64,000 nt of DNA. Source: Macrostomum lignano. Lineage: Eukaryota. The number at the start of each line of letters is the position of its first letter. Position 1 is the stretch's first letter. The notes under the pieces are model-generated. The model had not been told where the DNA came from, did not search any database, and saw nothing but the letters and a program-made list of their open reading frames with translations. Below are positions 49,213 to 59,959 of the stretch, one piece after another. The stretch is from contig NIVC01000512.1 in the NCBI GenBank assembly GCA_002269645.1, positions 203,967 to 267,966 of the forward strand, in the 5' to 3' direction. The translations under genes and the position numbers were made by a program.

Positions 49213-49872
49213 GCAAATGTGTTTTATTTAAACAGTAAAACGGCTAACTCAATACGCGTAATTTCAATAAGCGTCGAAGTTCTCAAACTTGAAAACGAGA
49301 TCTGTGTTTAAAACGAGATTTATAGAATGCTCAACACCAGATTGAGCAACTTCCGCTTTGAAACAGTGCACTCAAACCTTGTCAAGTAGATATGCAATAA
49401 ACTTAAAAAAAGAGCGCTTCAAGTGATACTCATAATTTACATAATTGTAAATCGTTCTGGAACAGTTAAATTCAATAAACTTGTTTTACCAGACCTGTTG
49501 TTTTTAGATAGCTAGCTACGCAAAATACTGTAACATTTCAAAGGACTTCAGTAGTATGGGATAACAGAACTCTGCCGCAGGAATTTCCGTGGAAAAACCA
49601 TGGGCCCTAGTGAGTGAACATACGGCCCTATGTAAATGCATAGGTGGACTCTGCCGCAGGGAAAGCCATGGAAATTCCATGGGGGGCACATCGGGTGGGC
49701 ATGGGGGCCCGGTGAGATAACAAAGCGCATGCTGGTATATGTACTGAAGGAAACTCATTGTTGCACCCACCCCACTCCGCCTAGAAAGTATATATAAGAT
49801 GGGCGATTTTTTGAGGTTGGCTTCATGACGAAAGGAATTTTTGTGCATCTTTCTTAAAGAAACATCTCATTA

Positions 49873-50607
49873 ATGGATCTCTGTGACGGCTTCAAAGTTC
49901 AAGTGCAAGAGTACGAAGGTCATCGCTTTATTGCAATCCGACGTTTCTTCTCCTCTGAAAGCGGGCTCAGAGCGGGCATCCCTGGCTTTAACCACAATGC
50001 ATACCAATGGGAGAAGTTGAAGCAGCTGAAACGCCAGCTTGTGCACTCGGCAGTCAATCGGCACAGCGTCACAGTCAAGCTTGGCTTTGATAAACTCGTT
50101 GTGGTCAGCAGGGGTATCATCTGGCTGAAGCGTCTGCCGGAAGACTGTACAGAGGATTATCTGCGGCGGAACTCAGTGGCGCTGACTCCCCGTCTATGGG
50201 GACAACTCTGGAAGAAGGCCGAGTGGATCGACAACGAGCTGCGAGAGAAGTCGGCGGAGAGTGAGTATCAGCTGGAGACCGAGGACATCAAGCATGAGGG
50301 CCAAGAAACTCTGCCGGTCAGCGAAGAAGAAGAAGAAGAAGAAGAGGAGAAGAGGCTGCGCATCGTCGAGTCGGACAATGCAACCAGCTCGCCTGTTCTG
50401 CCAGAGACTTCAGTCGGGCGCATACCCCAGCAAGACAGCGACCTGTCGCACGACCCACTGTGGTACCGGTTCCGTGCTGCTTCAGGGCTCGGCAACAGCG
50501 GCTGTCACAAACGAAAGCTTCCGTGGCCCCTGCGCAGGCAAAATGCAATCAAGTTGCCCAAAGTGATCAATGGTGGAGAGGATGGTGACGCAGACAAAAG
50601 TGCTTGA
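49873..50607 (+). CDS. Tandem PC4-like (ssDNA-binding/coactivator) protein with acidic tail, 244 aa
   Basis: Repeat 1 VQVQEYEGHRFIAIRRFF..GFNHNAYQWEKL; repeat 2 ..NSVALTPRLWGQL; both match the PC4 pattern (V..F.G...IDIR.Y..GI.L...QW..L). TATATATAAG at 49789. Confidence 0.75.
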   Translation: MDLCDGFKVQVQEYEGHRFIAIRRFFSSESGLRAGIPGFNHNAYQWEKLKQLKRQLVHSAVNRHSVTVKLGFDKLVVVSRGIIWLKRLPEDCTEDYLRRNSVALTPRLWGQLWKKAEWIDNELREKSAESEYQLETEDIKHEGQETLPVSEEEEEEEEEKRLRIVESDNATSSPVLPETSVGRIPQQDSDLSHDPLWYRFRAASGLGNSGCHKRKLPWPLRRQNAIKLPKVINGGEDGDADKSA

Positions 50608-50827
50608 TAACTTTTTAAGTGACTATGCGTGGACATTGCTATGCCATCTGTATTGATGTCTAACAGTTCTATTTATCCAGCTTTTTCAGCTTATTCATTA
50701 ATGTCCTATTAAATGAGCTCGTTTAAAATTAAAAATAAAATAAAATAAGCATCTCTCTCTATAATTATGCTAGTTCACTGGTGAACTTAAGAATGCGAAA
50801 TGAGTTTAATTTTTTCTCTAATTAAAA

Positions 50828-51889
50828 ATGGAAAAAATTTACTTTAACCCTGAGCAGCCAGCAAGCTTTTCTGGCTGCAATAAATTTATTAATGAAGTTC
50901 GCACGCAGGGTATCCGAGTGAGTGAAAAAGCTGCGAAAAACTGGCTTAACGATCAGACAGTCTACACATTACATAAGCCAGCAAGGAGGAATTATCCGAG
51001 GGCCCCAATCATAGTTCGAAGCATTGATGACCAATGGGAGCTGGTGGAGATGATTCCTTTTTCCAAGTATAATAACGGCTACAGGTATATTCTAACATGC
51101 ATTGATGTGCTGTCCAAGTACGGATGGGAGAGGGCATTAAAAAACAAGTCTTCTATTGAAGTGAAGTCGGCATTCGAGAGCATATTCAGAAGTTCAAAGC
51201 GGCAACCGCGCACTGTTCGCACTGATCAAGGGAAAGAGTTTATCAACTCTACTTTTCGCCAATGCTGTATGGAAAGGGGAATCCTGGCATTCCCAACCAA
51301 CAGTGAGCAGAAGGCGGCTGTCATTGAACGATGGAACCGAACTTTAAAGAGCAAAATGTGGCGCTACTTCACCCACAACAGCACTCTGCATTGGCTTGAT
51401 GTGCTGCCTAAGCTAGTGAAGTCCTACAACAAAACTTACCACAGAAGCATACGAATGGCACCAACGAATGTCAGCCAGGAGAACGAGTCCGAGGTCTGGA
51501 TGAGCTTATATGACGGGAAAGCGATTGAAACTGTGGAAAAGCTGGGAAAGCCAAAGTTCAGCGAAAACCAGTCTGTGCGGATTTCCAATGCACCCAGGCT
51601 TTTTAGAAAAGGGTACAAGGCCAACTGGAGCAAAGAAGTGTACACGGTGGTGTCCAGAGCTCCAAAGCATTATCCCTACATGTACAAGATAAAAGACATG
51701 AAAGGAGAAGAGATTCGTGGGCTTTTTCACGAGCATGAACTGCAGGCCGTTCCGAAGTCGCAGCGGCTGTATGTGATTGAGAAGATTTTGAAGACTGAGA
51801 AGCGGCAGGGAAAGATCCGATATCTGGTCAAGTGGGCCGGCTACGACTCCACTGACTGGGTGGATGAGAAGGACTTAAGAAAAGTGTAA
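50828..51889 (+). CDS. Maverick retroviral-like (rve) integrase with C-terminal chromodomain, 353 aa
   Basis: YYNP..SFSG-type N-terminus, IDVLSKY, RTDQGKEF and ERWNRTLK; chromodomain YVIEKILK..RYLVKWAGY..WV. The first catalytic Asp appears deleted (DQWE-LVEM). Confidence 0.95.
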   Translation: MEKIYFNPEQPASFSGCNKFINEVRTQGIRVSEKAAKNWLNDQTVYTLHKPARRNYPRAPIIVRSIDDQWELVEMIPFSKYNNGYRYILTCIDVLSKYGWERALKNKSSIEVKSAFESIFRSSKRQPRTVRTDQGKEFINSTFRQCCMERGILAFPTNSEQKAAVIERWNRTLKSKMWRYFTHNSTLHWLDVLPKLVKSYNKTYHRSIRMAPTNVSQENESEVWMSLYDGKAIETVEKLGKPKFSENQSVRISNAPRLFRKGYKANWSKEVYTVVSRAPKHYPYMYKIKDMKGEEIRGLFHEHELQAVPKSQRLYVIEKILKTEKRQGKIRYLVKWAGYDSTDWVDEKDLRKV

Positions 51890-51901
51890 GATGCCGACAT
51901 T

Positions 51902-52729
51902 GTGCAGCCATTCCCAATTATGAGAAGCATCATCATTAACAGCGAAAATGCTGAAGGTACTCCTACTGACTTTCATTTTCACCTGCCTTCACCTATTTAC
52001 TTGGATCGAAATGTGGACTATGAGGCAGGTCTGGCTGAAATCCATCTGCCTGCTGCATGGTTCAATGTTGACGAGCCTTACTGCTTCACTGTCTCAGATG
52101 GAAGAGAGCATGAGGCCTTGGTTCTTCAACCCAGACGCTTTGCTAGAGTGGAGGAGTTGGTGGAGCGCATGAATGAGCTGCTGGCCAACTCTGAGTCACT
52201 GTTCTTCGATGCAATGAGCGAGAGGGAGTCTGAAATGGAGGCTGATGAGTCTGGTTTAATGGGGCGGAGCAGCGCTAGAGATATTGGCATAAAGTTTGAG
52301 ATCCAAGAATTGAGAACGGTAGTGCTCAACAACACGGCTCGAGCAGAATTATTCCTTCCATCAAGTAAAATTTTGCAGTGGCTGGGATTCGGAAATCAGT
52401 CCGTGAAAATTCCACCTGGGCGCCAAGTTTCCATGTACCACATTGGCTGCCCGCCCACCAATCTGATCAACGTGCATTGTAGCATTGTGGAGTCAACTAA
52501 TTGCAACTGGAATTCCCTGCTGCGAACTGTGAACATGAATCCTGAAGCCGGATGGGGAAGCTACTGGAGCAAAGTGTTTAAGAAAACAGTTTTCTTCCCC
52601 ATTCAGAAAACAAATTTTCTACACAGCATTCGAGTTCAACTGCGAGACATCTTTGGCTTCTCACTGACTGCTCATAGCGGCAGCCCTGTTCTGCTCACAA
52701 TTCTGATACGTGAGACACCAATTCAATGA
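51902..52729 (+). CDS. Minor capsid (penton-like) protein, 275 aa
   Basis: N-terminal FHFHLPSPIYL..YEAGLAEIHLPAAWFN and C-terminal FFPI..SIRVQLRD..G..LTILIR fit Polinton pentons; position follows the integrase. Confidence 0.8.
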   Translation: MQPFPIMRSIIINSENAEGTPTDFHFHLPSPIYLDRNVDYEAGLAEIHLPAAWFNVDEPYCFTVSDGREHEALVLQPRRFARVEELVERMNELLANSESLFFDAMSERESEMEADESGLMGRSSARDIGIKFEIQELRTVVLNNTARAELFLPSSKILQWLGFGNQSVKIPPGRQVSMYHIGCPPTNLINVHCSIVESTNCNWNSLLRTVNMNPEAGWGSYWSKVFKKTVFFPIQKTNFLHSIRVQLRDIFGFSLTAHSGSPVLLTILIRETPIQ

Positions 52730-53036
52730 ACTATCAGCAGCTGATTCGGCAGTATTCAGGGACTCGGACGGGAAATGAAAAGTCCGTGCTCTATGGCTGC
52801 GGGAGTTTTCCTGGAATAATGACTTACCAGCCTCCTCCAGCACCTTCCATAACATCATCATCATCATTAGCATCAAAGCCTGTACAAACCAGCAGTAGCA
52901 GCAGAAGCAATAGTACGAGTAATAGAAACATAGGAAATCAAGGACAGGCTAAAAAGGTGAATAAGAAGCAGGTGCGCATGAAAAAGAAGAAAAAAAGTGG
53001 CGAAGCACGCAAAACAAGCAAGGTCAGAACAAGCAA

Positions 53037-56000
53037 CACAGGTAGGAGGAATTCAAGTTAAATGCAAAAAAATTGCCCATAATCGGTTTTTTGCTCATGG
53101 GATAGAATTTGTACTCCTGATTCTAAAATGACCTCCCATGAAATCCTAACTGATTGGGTTCGCGAGAAATGCTCATAATTAAGTTTTTACCATAGATATG
53201 AGGCAGTCCAACAAGCAAAGCTCGCCATTCAAGGATAAGTTGAATGTATTTTGTCCAAAACAGTTCTCACCACTGTGAATTCAATTTGTAGTGTGCAATA
53301 GTTCAGGCACTATTTCAAAATATATATATTAATTTAAACAGTGAATCAGCAAATTAATAATTATTATCATTATTTACCTATAGAATTTTTAAGATAATGG
53401 CTAATCTTTCTAAGTCTAAACCAAAACAGAAAACTGTAATGCAATAGATATTGAGCTGTAAATTCAAATAGATTGTCATTGAGCATTTTTAGTTTTACAA
53501 GCAATTACAAATGACAGCTATTATATTGTACCGTAGCCTGTAGAAGCTGTTGTCCCATCGCTGGGTCACCACTCCGGCGCTTAAAGTTTTGCCATACTTT
53601 ACTGAAATCATGGTGAGCACTTTCACCAGCCTGCTCAGAAAATGTGCCCAGGCCTTTGCCATGCAGTCTGCAAAACTCGACCACATGGACGAACACGCAG
53701 TGAACTTTTGGTGTCACTCTAATAGGTAGCTTGCAGTAGGACTCTCGAAACTGCTGAATCAGCTGTTCATATTCAGGCTGTAGCTTCTCCCCAAAGCAAG
53801 CGTGTACCACTTCACGGAAGCATCGAAGGGCTTCACCAAACTGCTTCAGCTGCTCAGGCAGGATGCTCGTCAGTTCATCAGCTAGTTGCAGGATTGCGTG
53901 GCACTGGTTGCCCTCGAATGATCCTCCGCGATAGTCAGCGCGCCCGATGTTATGGCTTGCAGCCCAGCTGAGTACATGACCTCCGTCAGCTTCAAGCGAG
54001 TCGACGATCTTGTTAACAACTCCAATGAGAAGATGCAGTTCAGGTGGGGGCAGCTTGTTGAGTATCGGCTCATCTTCTCCACCAGACAAAAGGGGTTTGT
54101 TAACACAGCTTTTAAAAAGCTTGGCCGATCGCAACTCATTGCCTGCTTCGGAAAAGGCAGCTGCATTCTTTGTTACACTGCCAAATGTGCGCGTCAGACC
54201 ATCCGCAGCGAATGGAGCCTTTGCCTCGCACCATGTACATGGGTACATTGCCGCGTGATTCTGCAAGCCAATCACTATGTTGGCAAGCTTGAGATCACAA
54301 GCAACAGTAAACGAAATCGCCTGTAGATTCAGAGAGTCCAGTAGTAGTTTTACGTTGAGATAAGTCTCACTAACATCAGGAGCAATAGCGATGATCATTA
54401 ATTTTTTAACACCAGAGTTGAGAAACTGGCGGCTGCAGGCTAACTTCTTTACTGGCGATGCTGCAGGCTCAGACTCACCGGTCACAGTCAGCACAACTTT
54501 CAGAGAGCCTCCTCCACCATCAATTCCAATCTTGACAAAGCTGTTCTCGATGCCACGCTCGGTGCAAATATGATTTAGCAAACCTTGAAGATCGGAGCAG
54601 ATCACGGCTGGCCTTGGTCCCGAAACCTCCTGAGTCTGTCCAGATGAACGTATGAATGGCAGCTGAACAAACGTGAAGAAGCTTGTTAGGCAGCGGCCTC
54701 TCTTCTGCAGCTCTTCACGAAGGTTAGGCTCGATCACATGCCGGCCTGCACCTAACTTAAGAATTCTGGCCAGCTTTAGAGTCTGCTTGCTGCTTAAACT
54801 AAGGCCGACTTTCAAAGCCGAAATTGTTTCGTGGCTTATATATCCTTTCCTAGAAACACTTGTTATAGGTTCAGCGGCTGAGCTAGAAGCTACCTTGACT
54901 CGAAGAGGTTTACCAGCAGTTTGACTTAGTACAATACCACCTGCTGCAGTCTCATTACACTCCTTGATGACTGAGCTAGCCAGCTGGTGCTTGGTAAGAG
55001 GAGATATTTTGTCTCGCAAATTCTTTAATTTGGTTGTTTTATTGCAGCGATGCTCCAGGCCGGGTCCGATCCGTGACATGCAATGCGAGCAGAGTTTTTG
55101 AATCGCAGTAGCCTCTGCCACAGCAGGACGACCTCGGCCTGCTGGTGGACCTGTGGCCAAGTATTTGGTGTCTGGCACTGCACTGCTGCTCCTGTGTGAG
55201 CTGGCCAAGCTACACAGCTCACAGTTGCAGTCAGGGTTGCCACGAGTTGAAGGCGGCAGAGACTGAAGGTCGGTAACTATCTGGTCATACGCCAGTAGGA
55301 CTGGAATAGGTCGCGAATCTGGGCAGGACAAAGACGAAAGCTTCCTTCTGCAGCCGTCACATATGCCAGATGGAAGATATTGTCTTTCTACCTTGAAGCC
55401 TTCGTACACTGTAGATTGAATTAGTTCAATCTGATGCTCCGTCAAAGGGCGATGCGCTCTTCGAAGACACATGGCACACAGTGCCTGGAGATTTTCTTCG
55501 TGGTTTCTTTTCTTTGGCATTGTAGATGATGATGAGTAAAAACAAGAAAATTGTTTGGACAGTTGATCAATTGAAACAAAATATTCTAAAATGCTCTAAA
55601 TACTCATTTACATCACCATAAATTGAGCAACTGCTCATGATTTAGGTATAAAGGGATCGATAAAAAATAATGTGCAAATCGTGTGAGTGTGATCACAAGC
55701 AAAATTTTGCCTTTTGCCGTTTAATGGTGGCGGGTTGAATGTACATATTTTTATCGATTATACGTCAGGTGATTTTTTTGCATATTTCATGATCGTGGTG
55801 GTAAATAGACTTAGAAAACTGTACAATACTTGTTATCTTCTCTAATTTAGAGAATCAAACTTATTTATATAGAAGAGGCCAATTCTTTACGCTAAGAATG
55901 TACAGCATAGCATCAGTTGTAACATCGCACACTTAACAAAGTTGCCTTGAGTTTTTTGTTTTGTTTTACCCTACAAAAAGGATGATTAAACATACATGCA

Positions 56001-56259
56001 CTCAATACAAATTGAATTCACAGTGGTGAGAACTGTTTTGGACAAAATACATTCAACTTATCGTTGAATGGCAAGTTTTGCTTGTTGGACTGCCTCTTAT
56101 CTATGGTAAAAACTTAATTATGAGCATATCTTGCGAACCCAATCAGTTAGGATTTCATGGGAGGTCATTTTAGAATCAGGGGTACAAATTCTATCCCATG
56201 AGCAAAAAACCGATTATGGGCAATTTTTTTGCATTTAACTTGAATTCCTCCTACCTGTG
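53037..56259 (-). mobile_element. Chapaev-type (RAG1/Transib-related) DNA transposon, 3.2 kb
   Basis: 254-bp TIRs (53037-53290 / 56006-56259) with ~7 mismatches; CACAGGT...ACCTGTG ends; 4-bp TSD GCAA (53033-53036 / 56260-56263). Confidence 0.9.
53505..55520 (-). CDS. Chapaev/RAG1-like DDE transposase, 671 aa, intact
   Basis: N-terminal H-x7-CxxC..P..ICxxC Chapa finger; IDGG; ACDLKL..GLQ..YPCTWC; PELHLLIG; TPKVH..H; SEQAGESAH. These parallel RAG1 GYDEKL..GLE..YICTLC, DALHCDIG, TNYFH and SEGNES. Confidence 0.88.
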   Translation of the reverse strand: MPKKRNHEENLQALCAMCLRRAHRPLTEHQIELIQSTVYEGFKVERQYLPSGICDGCRRKLSSLSCPDSRPIPVLLAYDQIVTDLQSLPPSTRGNPDCNCELCSLASSHRSSSAVPDTKYLATGPPAGRGRPAVAEATAIQKLCSHCMSRIGPGLEHRCNKTTKLKNLRDKISPLTKHQLASSVIKECNETAAGGIVLSQTAGKPLRVKVASSSAAEPITSVSRKGYISHETISALKVGLSLSSKQTLKLARILKLGAGRHVIEPNLREELQKRGRCLTSFFTFVQLPFIRSSGQTQEVSGPRPAVICSDLQGLLNHICTERGIENSFVKIGIDGGGGSLKVVLTVTGESEPAASPVKKLACSRQFLNSGVKKLMIIAIAPDVSETYLNVKLLLDSLNLQAISFTVACDLKLANIVIGLQNHAAMYPCTWCEAKAPFAADGLTRTFGSVTKNAAAFSEAGNELRSAKLFKSCVNKPLLSGGEDEPILNKLPPPELHLLIGVVNKIVDSLEADGGHVLSWAASHNIGRADYRGGSFEGNQCHAILQLADELTSILPEQLKQFGEALRCFREVVHACFGEKLQPEYEQLIQQFRESYCKLPIRVTPKVHCVFVHVVEFCRLHGKGLGTFSEQAGESAHHDFSKVWQNFKRRSGDPAMGQQLLQATVQYNSCHL

Positions 56260-56371
56260 GCAAGCAACCTAAGAAAAGAACGACTAAAACACAGACCAAG
56301 AAAACAGGCAAAAGAAACCAAAAAGTGGGCAAAGAAACTGTGAAGCGTGTTCTGGACTCGCTCTCATAGCA

Positions 56372-57655
56372 ATGGCTTACGGATTCAACCCGAGACTCGA
56401 TTTGTTCAAGTCCCCCGTGCTGCAGACTGCTATTGAAAAATCCACGTATGTTGATATTCACCCCGTGAACTCTATTACTACTAACTCACCTATTTAATTC
56501 GACTGCCATCCATCGGCTGATGAGTACACTGATCTGCTGAGCTCATTCCTGTATATTCGCTGTCGCCTAGTCCGGCTTGGCGGGGCTTTGATGAGGGAGG
56601 AGGTTCGGAATGCCGATGGAGTTGTCACTGAGCGCAGAGACAGTGGGGTGCACCCAGAAAACTTTGTCCTATCTACGGCATTCTCAGATGTAATCGTGAG
56701 CATCAACCAGCGCATTGTATCAGGTGGAGACCAGCTCTACCCCTACCATGCCTACCTAAAAGCTCTCATGGGCTCATCCGATGCTCAGCAGTTAAATTTC
56801 TACCCCGCCGGATTCCTGGAACCCGAAACTGCTGCTGAGGGGCATGCCGAGAGACACAGGGAGTCCCGCTGGGTGGAGTATGCGGGACCGCTGCTCAGCG
56901 ACATCTTCCAGTGTCCTGTTCTGCTGCTGAACAATTTACACCTGCACATCAAGCTGATGCCCAGTGAAGCTGCATTTGCCATCCGAACCCCAGATGAGAA
57001 CAACACAGCCTACCGAATGGAAATCTCCCATTGTATTCTGAACCTGCGCCGAGTCAAAGTGGCGCCTCACATCAGCCTAGCGCATGAGCAGGGACTTACC
57101 AATCAGAACGCACTTTACCCCATCGAGCGAACCGAAATGCAAAACTTCATTCTACCCCAGGGAATTCAGTCAAAAAACATTGAAGGATTCACCCATGGCA
57201 AACTGCCGAAGTTCGTTATGCTGGTCTTCGTGAACCACCGAGCCTTCAATGGCCATCACCATTCCAGCCCCTTCGAGTTCCAGAGCTTCAACCTCAGCCA
57301 GCTAGCACTAAAGAAAGGTGGTGAAGCCATGTGCCACGCTGCATTTGCACCTGAGAATAATTCATTCGTGAGAGAGTACTTGCACTACCTGAAAAGCTGT
57401 CAGTCAGCCAGCCCTACCAACTCGGTTCCGTGGGTCCCCTACCAGTTGTTCTCCAACGGCAACACAGCTTTCGCATTCGATCTCACGCCCTAGGGAGCGG
57501 CCCTGTGGTACGGACAGAAGGAGGGAAATTTGCGGCTGGAGATTCGCTTCCGACAGGCCCTGGAGGAGCCTGTATCTCTGATTGTTATGTGCCTGTATGA
57601 CTCACTGATTGAGGTCACGAAGCACAGGGAGATTCTGCTAGATTTTCCATCCTAG
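56372..57655 (+). pseudogene. Double jelly-roll major capsid protein with two in-frame nonsense codons
   Basis: Single frame from LDLFKSPVLQTAIEK to FAFDLTP*..GNLRLEIRF..LIEV..REILLDF; premature TAA at 56495-56497 and TAG at 57491-57493. Confidence 0.88.
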
Positions 57656-57678
57656 GAATACGCTGGCGCAACGCTAAT

Positions 57679-58197
57679 ATGGATGCTTTTCAACTGCTTA
57701 AACTGGCTAAAAGCTTTTTGCCACAAAATAACTGTTTAATTATTGTCTTGAATTCAATAAATAAAACATCTTATGCTTTAAACTTTATTCAGCGAGCAAC
57801 TCTCAAAAGAAATTTATCTCGATGTAAGTTTATTTTCTTTCTGCTTCAGTACGGCTCGTCCTTTGGTCACTGGGTGGTTTGTTATGCTGATAAGGAGAAT
57901 TCCATAGAACTCTTTAACTCTCTGGGCTGGGACTCAAGCACTTTAGAGATCATTCACAGAGCACTGAAATCCTTTTGGTATTCTCCATTCTACTTACGTA
58001 GCAATGTGAATCGAATTCAGAGCTGCAACTCTGCTAAATGCGGTTTGTTCTGTCTCTTGTTTGCCTATCAAAAGTTTCGTTTCAAGCGCTCGTTTGAGTG
58101 GGTTCTGCGGCACCTCCATGCAAATCAGCAGAGCCACTTGAATGAAAGAATTCTGCAAAGGTTTGAGAGTTGCTTAAGAAAAAAGAAATTTAATTAG
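57679..58197 (+). CDS. Adenain-like cysteine protease, 172 aa
   Basis: GHWV (His), ELFNSLG (usually FDS), IQS..S.KCGLFC (Gln and Cys). Confidence 0.9.
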   Translation: MDAFQLLKLAKSFLPQNNCLIIVLNSINKTSYALNFIQRATLKRNLSRCKFIFFLLQYGSSFGHWVVCYADKENSIELFNSLGWDSSTLEIIHRALKSFWYSPFYLRSNVNRIQSCNSAKCGLFCLLFAYQKFRFKRSFEWVLRHLHANQQSHLNERILQRFESCLRKKKFN

Positions 58198-58230
58198 ACT
58201 TTTAAAATCAAGGATTTAGCTCAACAGGCG

Positions 58231-58884
58231 ATGGAAACACGTGAGCGGATAAACTGTTATGATGTGCGCCTGCGACAAGGAAGCTGCATGATTGTCAGCG
58301 GGCCTACAAATGCAGGAAAGACAACCTTCGTGAAACATCTGATACAATACAAGGATGTCCTGTTTGATGTGAAGCCTGGGAGAGTTCTGTGGTACTACGG
58401 GATTTCACAAGCAGCACACTCTGAGCTGAGCAGTCTCGGCGTGCACCTGCAGCAGGGATTTCCCAGCAGTATCGAGACCGCACTGAGACCCAATGACCTG
58501 GTTGTATTTGATGACCTGATTGAAGAAACTTCCAATTCTGCTGCAATGCGAAATGTTTTCACTGGAATTGTCCATCATTTGCCCTGCTTTCTGGTTATGC
58601 TGACCCAAAATGTATTTTTTAAAGGGAAGGAGTTGCGAACAATGAGTCTGAATGCGATGTACTTTGTGATCATGAAGAACCCCAGAGACCAGCTGCAGAT
58701 TGCGGCGCTGGGCAGGCAGTGTTTTGCTGAGAAGGCCGGCTTTCTGCTGTCAGTGTTCAAGCACGTGACATCGCACGGCAGGGGAGCCTACCTGCTCCTG
58801 GATTTTCACCCTTCCACCCCTGATGAGCTGCGGGTCCGGGCTCGAATCCTGCCCAATCAGCGACCCCACCTGGTTTACACTTAA
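58231..58884 (+). CDS. A32/FtsK-like DNA packaging ATPase, 217 aa
   Basis: Walker A GPTNAGKT, Walker B LVVFDD, ..HH..LTQN and KNPRD motifs, YLLLDF. Confidence 0.95.
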   Translation: METRERINCYDVRLRQGSCMIVSGPTNAGKTTFVKHLIQYKDVLFDVKPGRVLWYYGISQAAHSELSSLGVHLQQGFPSSIETALRPNDLVVFDDLIEETSNSAAMRNVFTGIVHHLPCFLVMLTQNVFFKGKELRTMSLNAMYFVIMKNPRDQLQIAALGRQCFAEKAGFLLSVFKHVTSHGRGAYLLLDFHPSTPDELRVRARILPNQRPHLVYT

Positions 58885-58901
58885 GAATAACAGCCGAGAT
58901 T

Positions 58902-59249
58902 TTGCCATTTGCTCTATATTCTGCAACACAAATGATAATGGAAACATTCGACTCACATGAAAGTTTGTTTGATGTTCTCGCGTCACCGAAATATTCCATC
59001 AGCTTTAAACGTCTGTTGATCAGAGCGGGTCCAAAAGCCGTACATGAATTTCTCATTGAGGCCTGCTATAACCTATTGCAAAACACTCTGTCGTTCTCAC
59101 TCACTGAAAATGCAGCGCTAGTGAAGCAAAAGCAAATAATCCGCAAAATTTCTACACATAGAAGAGCAGCGGATCTGCTAAATACGGGTTTTATTAAAAT
59201 TCTCTACATTCTAATAAAGCTAGTGAAGAAAAAGAAGCAAAATGAATAA
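58902..59249 (+). CDS. Small conserved Maverick accessory protein (~105-115 aa)
   Basis: LIEACYNLLQNTL..L.KQKQIIRKI pattern typical of the helical ORF next to Maverick ATPases; the true start may be the Met near 58932. Confidence 0.6.
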   Translation: MPFALYSATQMIMETFDSHESLFDVLASPKYSISFKRLLIRAGPKAVHEFLIEACYNLLQNTLSFSLTENAALVKQKQIIRKISTHRRAADLLNTGFIKILYILIKLVKKKKQNE

Positions 59250-59935
59250 GTTCTCAGAAATGGTTCTGATCCCCAAGTCAGAATACGATATGCTCACACA
59301 GAATTTGAAGCCAGTCGAGTCTGAAATGGACACTGCTGTGAGATATGCGCAGAGGAAATGCAATGATATTTTGCTTGCCGAGGATTGCCCAGACGATGTG
59401 AAAGCTGCCAGCTGCTCTTGATGCGATGAAGAGTTTGCTGGCCAAGCGCAAGCGGACTGGAAAGGATGGTGCGGTACCTGCGAGTGATGCAAAGATGCTG
59501 AAAACTGATATTGCACCAAGCAGCTGGGGGGAAAAGATCACCCAATCCGTGCCGCAGAAGTTTAAAGCGAGAGCCCGCAGTCTATGGGCCATCCTATCTG
59601 GCAATCCCTCTCTGATTCGGGTGTCCGAAAATGGCGAGGCGCAAATTTCTGGGAAGACAATACCCTCCTCAAACATCCTGGATTTGTTTCACAGTGCCGT
59701 GAGGGATTCGAAATGTGCCAGCGAGCCGGTGGGCTGGAGTGAGTTTGTCTCATTGCTCCAAGACAAAAAGCTTAACATCCCAGCTTCGGCCATAGGAAAG
59801 TTAGTTAGGCAGCTAATTTCTAAACCTGCTGTTTCTCCACAGGCCGCCCCTGCTCATCATACAGTTAAGGGATTCGGGAGTGGGAGAGCTTGGCTACAGC
59901 TGAGCAGGAAAAAACTATTTAAGAAGGGGAACTGA
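59242..59935 (+). pseudogene. Conserved Maverick protein, frameshifted near 59400-59410
   Basis: Upstream part MNKFSEMVLIPK..DILL..PDDVK in one frame; downstream SVPQKFKARA..L..GE..I.G..I..SNILDL..PVGWSEF..LNIP..IG in the next frame. Confidence 0.65.
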
Positions 59936-59959
59936 GTCGGCTTCCCGATATCAGGCATC

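Larger units (their letters stand above)
52726..56369 (+). pseudogene. Lys/Arg-rich putative core (DNA-packaging) protein split by the Chapaev insertion
   Basis: Removing 53037-56263 rejoins 52726-53036 with 56264-56369 into a 138-aa open frame ending ..KVRTSKQPKKRTTKTQTKKTGKRNQK..LDSLS*. Confidence 0.7.

Noticed and set aside
56018-56052. Internal perfect RSS heptamer CACAGTG with a nonamer-like ACAAAATAC in the Chapaev TIR
   Set aside because: The spacer is 16 bp rather than 12 or 23, the nonamer is imperfect, and the site is ~235 bp from the true end; likely coincidence
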